A stretch of 60,706 nucleotides of DNA, the filler included, from Bipalium vagum (taxonomy: Eukaryota): NCBI GenBank assembly GCA_037834085.1. It is 3 parts of 3 records of this genome, joined end to end, with 100 filler letters (N's around TTAATTAATTAA, not from the genome) between each part and the next. Parts side by side here need not be neighbours in the genome. Positions count along the whole stretch, not along the records: positions 42,083 to 60,706 come from JBBMKC010023990.1; 2 more parts are not named here. One strand, 5' to 3'. The notes under the pieces are model-generated. The model was not told the origin of the DNA and ran no database searches. It saw nothing but the letters and a program-made list of their open reading frames with translations. This document shows, one piece after another, positions 53,637 through 60,706 of the stretch. How positions within the stretch are numbered: position 1 is the stretch's first letter; every line of letters begins with the position of its first letter. A program made the position numbers and the translations under genes.

Positions 53637-56600
53637 TCCTATCAAATTTAGTTTCTAAATAATCATTACCGTATCCCTCATAATACTATGCTTAGCCTGA
53701 TTTCGCTTCAACAAGCTAGTTACTTCCTCTACATTCTCGTCTTCCTCGTCGAAATCGTATTTGTTTATAGCGAGTGTATTCTTGTTATCTTGTTGCGCAT
53801 TTTGTGAACTTTGGTTTGATACTTTCGATGCATTGTCGTCAACTTCTTTGCAAACCGATGGAGAATTAACTGATGTAAAGACTTCTTCGTCCTCGTCTTC
53901 TTCACCTTCCTGTTCTTCTTCATCCTCTTCTTCATCAAAACCATTCAAACCCTCTTCCTCAAAATCTCCGCCATCCTCTTCCAGATCGCTATCTTTTTGC
54001 TGTTTGATCACATCGAGCGGTCTTTGATGTCCGTATCTGCGCAAATAATGTTGACATTTGCCACAAATAATCCTCATTCGTTCAGTTAACGATGAATTTT
54101 TCTCGTCAGTTAAATCCTACAATCAAACATTCAGTAAAAAAAATAAACTGAGATCATTGGTGATTGTTTCTTACAAATTTTGGCAATGTCGATTTACAAT
54201 TTACACAAAACTCTTGAACAGTATCGTTCGGCGAATGATTGTTGGAATCGCCAGGCTTGTCAGAGGGTTTTTCCGATTCGGAAATCAAAGCAGTGGCTTC
54301 TTGCTTTATCGAATTATTACTATCGACATTGTCGTTCTGTTCTGATTGAGGAGCGTTAGATGCCCGACCTAATTTTAAAATTAATTATATATTATATTTC
54401 TCGTAATTTGCATCTCATTACTCCGCAGATTCTTTTTCGCAGCATATTTTCGATTCTTAGGTCTGTTTTTCTTCCAATAATAATAAAATGTGACAAAATC
54501 CCCAACTAATCGATTCTTTTTGTTTCGTTTATCTTGACTTATACGAAGAAAATTTTTTCCATGAATTTTTACACTTTCATCGAACATTGTGTGATCTTCA
54601 TCCGTCCATAGAAAAGGAATTTTGTTTGTCTAAAATTTCAAAAAATTCAACATTTTTTTTATCCCTATTTATTGATAAAATAATTTTTTTAAGAAATGAT
54701 AATCTGTTAATTATTGATTATAAATTAAATATTTAAAGTTTAATATTGATTTATATTACAATGAATGTCAATATCGATAAAAATAAAAAAAAATTTTTAA
54801 TTAATTAGTGAATTATTTTTATTCAAATAAACAGTGGCCTTGTGTTCATAGAATATTGAAAAATGATTTCTAAATCAATTTAAAATTAAAAATTCTATTT
54901 TTCTTTTAGAATAGGAATCTGGTGATCTAATATAACTCCCCTCTCTCTCAAAAATTAAATTCCAAAAGCCGTGATGAATGTTTTCAAATATTCTTTGAGA
55001 ACGATGACCACAAAATTGAACAGAACCATCTCTTGCACCAATATTTTTATGCACACATTGTTGATTAAAAAAACCGACACCAACCGACAATCATGTCACC
55101 ATAATTTTTAATCGTGAGAAATCCCAGTGTAATAAAAATAAAATAACTGTATAGACGATACCCAGCCACCCCTCTCACTCACGTATTAATATACAACAAA
55201 AATCATATTTATATTTATCGAAAAATTGATCTATTGAAACAATACAAAAAAATAACAGTTCTGTGTGCTGATTATACCACATCTAAGCTGTTTCAAAACC
55301 ATTAATACTGGTACAATAAATACTCAAACATAAAAAATGTCACCCGAGAGATTCTGTATTGTTACAATTTGAGTTTGCCTTGTCAGAAAAATTCTCCCGA
55401 AAATAATGACAATAATATTGATATTTTGTTGAAAAAATTTTAATTATAATTTTAATAATTTTAACGAAAAAACATCAATAATGTTAAAAATGTTAATTAA
55501 AAATCGATAAAGAATCTTTTAAATTTGAATCTGAGATTTCGTCAATGTATCATCATATAGAATAAAATGCGACAATAAAATATCTACAAAATAATAAATA
55601 ATTTAAAATAAAATAAATGCGCAGCACCACAGTGCAGGAAGAATAACGAAATTTATTCAAATATTATTATTATTATTGATTTTAAAAATCATGGAATTAT
55701 ATTACTTCGGGCAAAGAATTCTCGGCAAAAATTTCAACGGCCTTTTCCATATTGTATTGTGCTTTATGGAGACAGTCCAAGGCTTTTTGACGGGTTAGCA
55801 TGTGAGAGGCAATTTTCCTTCCATTTTCAACAGAAGCACTGTCATCAACACCACCACCGAACCCTACGACAATTTTCGTGCATAAGTTGAATGTGAAGAT
55901 TTTATATTTATATTATTATTTTATTTATATTATTATTTTATTGTTGTTGTTATTATTATTAATCAATACCTGAAAAACAAGCGATGGAAATAGTTGCCAA
56001 GTTATACATATTAAACACATCTTCCGGAATTTGGTTCGGTTTCCACATTATTTGTTCCCAAACGCGTAGGCTACAATTCACGTCGGAAAGTTTGTCTTCG
56101 GGCGCATGTAATTCTGGTAGTTCAGCTTGATAAGCCGCTCCGATCTAATTGATAAATTGAAGGAGATTAATAACTTTAATCTAATTATCATCATCAATTT
56201 GACCAGAGTCTGGGAAAATCATTAATGAATACCATTCCCATCACCAACACAGTCAAAATAGAAATAATCAATACCAATAAAACGGAGAGAACGTTTATTT
56301 TATTGCAATTTCTTTTTTTCGATTGCTTTTATTAAAATTTTTCAATTTATAAAAGGAGAATAATAAAAATGAAAACGAAATTATTTCATTCAACTCAAAA
56401 TTAATGAGGAAAATTCGAAAATTTCAATTTTTATACTCAGGGACTGGCTCCGTGCAATAATTTTTGAATGCTTTTATTATCTTATTCTAGAAATAGGTCT
56501 CGTTCAAATTATAAGGTTGTACAAAATTAGTGATTTATTTTAAGATATAAAAATAAATTATAAAAAGCAATCTTGATTATAAATAGATTATTAGTTTTTT

Positions 56601-59600
56601 ATATCTTAAACCTTTTTATTGTCTTATTGTATCTACATCTCAAACAACAGTTGTTGTCTTTATTTTTTTAATGTAAATCTTTAGGTTCATTTATTCATAA
56701 TATAATGGAAAAATGAGGTACATTGCAAGAGAAAGATTTTAAGTATATACAAAATACAGCAAAATCAGTAACATAAATAATATTTGTGTTGTGAAACAAT
56801 GAAGGAATTTTTTAGCCTAAAAAGAATATAAGACCTTTCGAACATCAATTACATAAGTTAATAGTAAAACATTAAAAAAAAGTCAGAAAGGGTTCTTATT
56901 TAAAGGAAAATTTATAAGACATGGCGAAATTCATGAGTATTATAATCTAACACAAAGTTCACGAAATATAAGATCAAATGTCAAGATCACGGAATAAGCC
57001 ACCCAAAAAACTCGATACATTTGTAAATTTGCAGAAAATAACTTACGAAAAGAATATGGTGAAAAAGAATTGTAATCATATATTGTCAAAGGGTTAAATG
57101 TGGTAAAATGAGGATATTCCGCATATATTGACCCAAAAAACTAACAAAAACATATTTGACAGACATTTATAAGTAAGGTCTGGAGAAATTAGAATTTAAC
57201 ATTTCTTATATTTCAATTGATATTGATGAAATAAAATTACACAATAAAAAATAATTTGATAAAATTTAATAAAAAAAAAGAAAATCATTTACATAAGTCA
57301 ATAACAGTTTAAAATGAATGAAATAATTTTTAAAGTAAAACTTTAAAATAATTATATTATTATCATCGCCGTTTTATTAAATTACCACAATTAATAATTA
57401 TAAAAAGATCCTTGACGTAAATATGAGAAAACAAAATAAATTAGTGACGCTGGTGAAACTGACTCTAGAAATGTGATTTCTTTTTGAAAAACATTTGTAA
57501 TAACATATTGTTCGGTTTTAATTGAAAAATAATTGAAGAATAAAATTATGGTTCAATTTAAAACATGAGACGAAACAACCAAGCACACATTATATAATAG
57601 GCTCAATGTTCAAGAAAATAAATCAATTCAGATAACATCTAATGGTCACGAATGCTTCTGAATGATTGATTATTATCATTTTTATGTCTTTGATTGCAAG
57701 CACGGCATTGAGCCACTGATTAAAAAACACATGTAAAAGATAAGGTGCGGAAAATTGACAGTATCTCTTTTTGGAAAACCGGTACATGTCAACCGTATCG
57801 TTGAAGTGTTGTTATAAATAAATACTAACACAAACACACATCTTTGTCAGAAGTTTTTATGTGGGTTTTGGGGGAGTCAATAGTAATTTGAGCTTGTTAG
57901 ATGGTTTTTGATATCATTACTGTTATCAATTATTAAACTATTATTGTTATTGAATTATTATGTTTATTATTATTATGATTATTATAATTATTTTAAATGT
58001 CTGCCACAAATGATTATTGACATAATTTGAGAAACCAGTCCAAATTATGAGAAAGCAATTTTTGATTTTTGTTCAAGACAATTATTAAATATTTAACAGA
58101 ATTGGCTGAGAAACATTAATTTGCTGGGACTCTTGAATAAATTAAAATTGTATCGATTCTGGCAAGTAAATTAAATATGATGACTGGATATTAATGGCAC
58201 AGATTTTGGAAATGGATAGAGCTTGATGTAAGTGATACTACAAAACTGTTTGGTTATTTTACTGTCAGTTTTAAAAAATTTAGAAAAAAATCCTACGCTC
58301 ATTTATTACGAGCCCATTTGAAATAATCAATATCTTTAATAATATAAAAATTATTAATAATAACGATAATATTAATAATAATAGATGAGAGGTTATAAGT
58401 GATAATTATTATTTTTAGTATTATATAATTAAGTTGATACAAAGACCAAATTTAAAATTTAAACAATTCTGAAAGATTTAGAAAATTTTTCTCAGACATG
58501 TGAATTTTTAGAGAAAATGTTACCCGTATTTCCAAATAAGTGGCAGCTAACTTTCTCCCTCTTGCATTGTAGCTATATACATAAAAAAATGTATTGTCAT
58601 CTCTCTGTTTCGGCACAGGGATATTGCCATCTTTACCGTTGATTAACGAATGATGATCGACTCGTGGTGAGCTGGAATTATTGTGATTTGATGAAAAAAG
58701 AGCCATTGCATGGTTCAGGTCTGGAAAATGTCGCACGGTACACATTCCTCTCAAACTTGAAGATGGAGTGGACAGAGTGTTATCCGACATGAAAATTTCC
58801 CTCAAACGAAGCTAAATAATCAATTTTATAATTCAAGAAGTCGATCAGAACTTGTGAATATCTATATCAATTCGTGGATTACTTTTTTTGTGTCAAAATA
58901 CAAATTAAAAATCCAGAACTGAGACCAGAATCATTAATCATTCAAACTACCAATCCCCCACACATTTTTATGTAATACGATGAAATAGAATCTAAAGAAT
59001 ATCTATCTAATATTTTAATAACTTTGTCCAGACCTTTTTTAATTGAAAATTTTCACACCCAACCCCCTTAGGACATTTTAATCTCACCTGAATTTACACA
59101 TTACTCAAATTACTTATTAGTGCATATTGAAACTAAGATTTGTGATTTAAGAACTGAGATTCTACAAAAAAAGAGAAAGGAATCGATCAATGTCAGATTT
59201 GTGGTAGGATAAGAATTTAGAGACAATTAGAAAAAATTGTACAGATTTCAATATTTTAATCAAAATTTTAAAAGATCATTTTTCTACCTTAATTAATAAT
59301 GTATGGTTCTGGTCCCAGTTAACCTGAATTTAATTCAATGCATTTGACATTGATTATCAAAGTTCAAAAAAAATTATTTTCGTTAAGTGGTTCAGAAGAT
59401 TAAATTAATACATTACCCATTCGGGAAAGTTTTGAGGCATAACATGAGTATCGAATTCGCCTTCGTTAGATAAAACACATGGGGGAATCTCATCCAAACG
59501 ATAAAACTGTTTAATAGATATTTCGGCTTTCTTATTTGTTAATTTATCACGTTTTTGAAATTTAAATTCTTCAATCATACCAATTCGATATATATCTTGT

Positions 59601-59829
59601 TTTTTATCAAGAAAAAACGCAAAATCTCCTAAATCGTAATTACATTTTTCGAATTCTTCAAAAAAAGTATTATTTACTCACCAACTTTATATCCAACATT
59701 GTTAACAACAATATTGTCATCAGTTTCTTCAACCTGTGTCATAGATTTACCCTTTGCTCTATTACTTCGACGGGGTTTTAAATCCGTAGAATTACAATTA
59801 CTATCCACAGAATCATTATCATTTGCCAT
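48573..59829 (-). CDS. RERE: RERE/atrophin-family (EGL-27/Grunge-like) transcriptional corepressor, ~1514 aa, 17 exons
   Basis: Exons in gene order: 59829-59682, 59628-59417, 58811-58524 (BAH); 56144-55970, 55863-55706 (ELM2: EIRIGAAYQAELP, ALDCLHKAQYNMEKA); 54629-54422 (SANT: WTDEDHTMF...HGKNFLRI...VTFYYYWKK); 54368-54175, 54116-53670 (GATA-type CVNC...CGKC...RRYG, acidic tract); 53522-52859, 52812-52511, 52415-52138; 51558-51387 (atrophin motif SCARTDL); 51333-50910, 50875-50816, 49604-49482, 49423-49134, 48974-48573 (stop). All junctions are GT-AG and frame-consistent; total 4545 nt. Confidence 0.9.
49790..50440 (+). mobile_element. Decayed Tigger/pogo DDE fragment inside an intron of the RERE-like gene
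   Basis: FKEEFAPCV...KTILLLDN...IQFLFFPLNLTSIM...PLDQ*IIKSF-like motifs. Confidence 0.75.
53571..53635. repeat. (ATT)n microsatellite in RERE intron
   Basis: Perfect trinucleotide run. Confidence 0.97.
54422..56144 (-). CDS. RERE: ELM2-SANT exons of the RERE-like gene (56144-55970, 55863-55706, 54629-54422)
   Basis: IGAAYQAELP, WKP, ALDCLHKAQYN, WTDED, HGKNF, FYYYWKK motifs. Confidence 0.92.
58524..59628 (-). CDS. RERE: BAH-domain exons of the RERE-like gene (59628-59417, 58811-58524)
   Basis: YKVGGDFAFF...YRIGMIEEF...FYRLDEIP and REIFMS...LRGMCTV...TFFYVYSYN follow the MTA/RERE BAH pattern. Confidence 0.85.
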
Positions 59830-60399
59830 GAAATATGTATATATTTAATTAAATTATTCACAAATTTAAAAATCGAATATTTAATATAAATTTAATAATA
59901 GTTATTCATATGATAATTTAAACAAATCTATTATTTGTTAAGAAAAACTAATTCAATTCAGATACTTAGAAAGTCTTTACTTTGAAATAATTATAGAAAT
60001 TTTTTAATTATTTCAATATTACTGTGCTTTTACAAAAAAATTAATTTTTATGTAAAATCACATTTTAATATTCTATAGAATTATTTAAATGTTAATAAAA
60101 TTTAATTATTAATAATTAATTTTATCTTTATCATATTACATTATTAGTCTTAAAAATTTTAAAACAGAAATTTTCTTTCTCTTTATAAGACATATAAGAT
60201 AAGTAATTTTCTTGTAAGTTAATATGTTGATATTATTTAAAAATAGAATTAATGTGAAAAATTTGTTTAGAGAAGTAAGAAAATTTTTAAATCGATTTAG
60301 AAACAATTAAAATAAAAATAATAAATGTCTTTTTTAGACTGTTATTACTAGTTTTGTCATTCAAAACTATTAACCGAAGAAACTAAAATAAGATAAAGT

Positions 60400-60706
60400 T
60401 TTAACTTTTAATTCACTGGAAAAACTTAATTTTGTAGAGATGCTGTCCAACCATATCCTCAATCCAGAAACTCAGTGTTGATATCTCTAGTTTAATTCGC
60501 AGTTAAGCTTTCCCAAACTAATGATTAACTGGATCATAGGTTTCCGAAACCTAACTCTCTCAGTTTACGTCTGCGCTACATACTAAACAGATGAAAATCC
60601 TTGTCATTTTCATTCTGAGCTTCATATCTGAAGATTTCGGGCTTTGGTATTTATTTAGTAATATGTTTGTATAAAAACTGATCGTATAATTAATGAACTA
60701 TGGAAT
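60400..60706 (-). mobile_element. Tc1-like fragment upstream of the RERE-like start
   Basis: RRKLRELGF segment and downstream broken Tc1-like helix. Confidence 0.5.

Noticed and set aside
48609-54345. Plus-strand ORFs such as 48609-48818, 49249-49473, 51312-51573, 53074-53334, 53761-54027 and 54058-54345
   Set aside because: Antisense shadows of RERE-like exons.

Overview
Very AT-rich eukaryotic (animal) scaffold DNA with GT-AG introns, (AAT)n microsatellites and two 100-nt assembly gaps carrying an artificial TTAATTAATTAA linker. The overall style resembles a planarian-type flatworm genome, but that is inference. Two spliced genes can be reconstructed by hand. (1) On the + strand, seven exons (4902-19223) encode the middle of a receptor (natriuretic-peptide-receptor-like) guanylyl cyclase: end of the extracellular domain, TM helix, a long juxtamembrane region and the first half of the kinase-homology domain. 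I could not find its 5' or 3' exons. (2) On the - strand, an apparently complete 17-exon, ~1514-aa RERE/atrophin-family corepressor (BAH-ELM2-SANT-GATA-atrophin motif) spans 48573-59829. Between them is a transposon graveyard: mariner DD34D, Tc1/Tc3, maT-like, rosa/DD41D-like, pogo/Tigger, a DD39D-like remnant, Gypsy integrase and Penelope remnants, several nested. There is also one orphan ~214-codon reading frame that begins with the second half of a RING finger. No prokaryotic system, RNA gene or CRISPR array is supported. The most novel-looking items are the half-RING orphan, the DD39D-like element, the altered GATA finger of the atrophin gene and a tandem-repeat insert inside a transposase.
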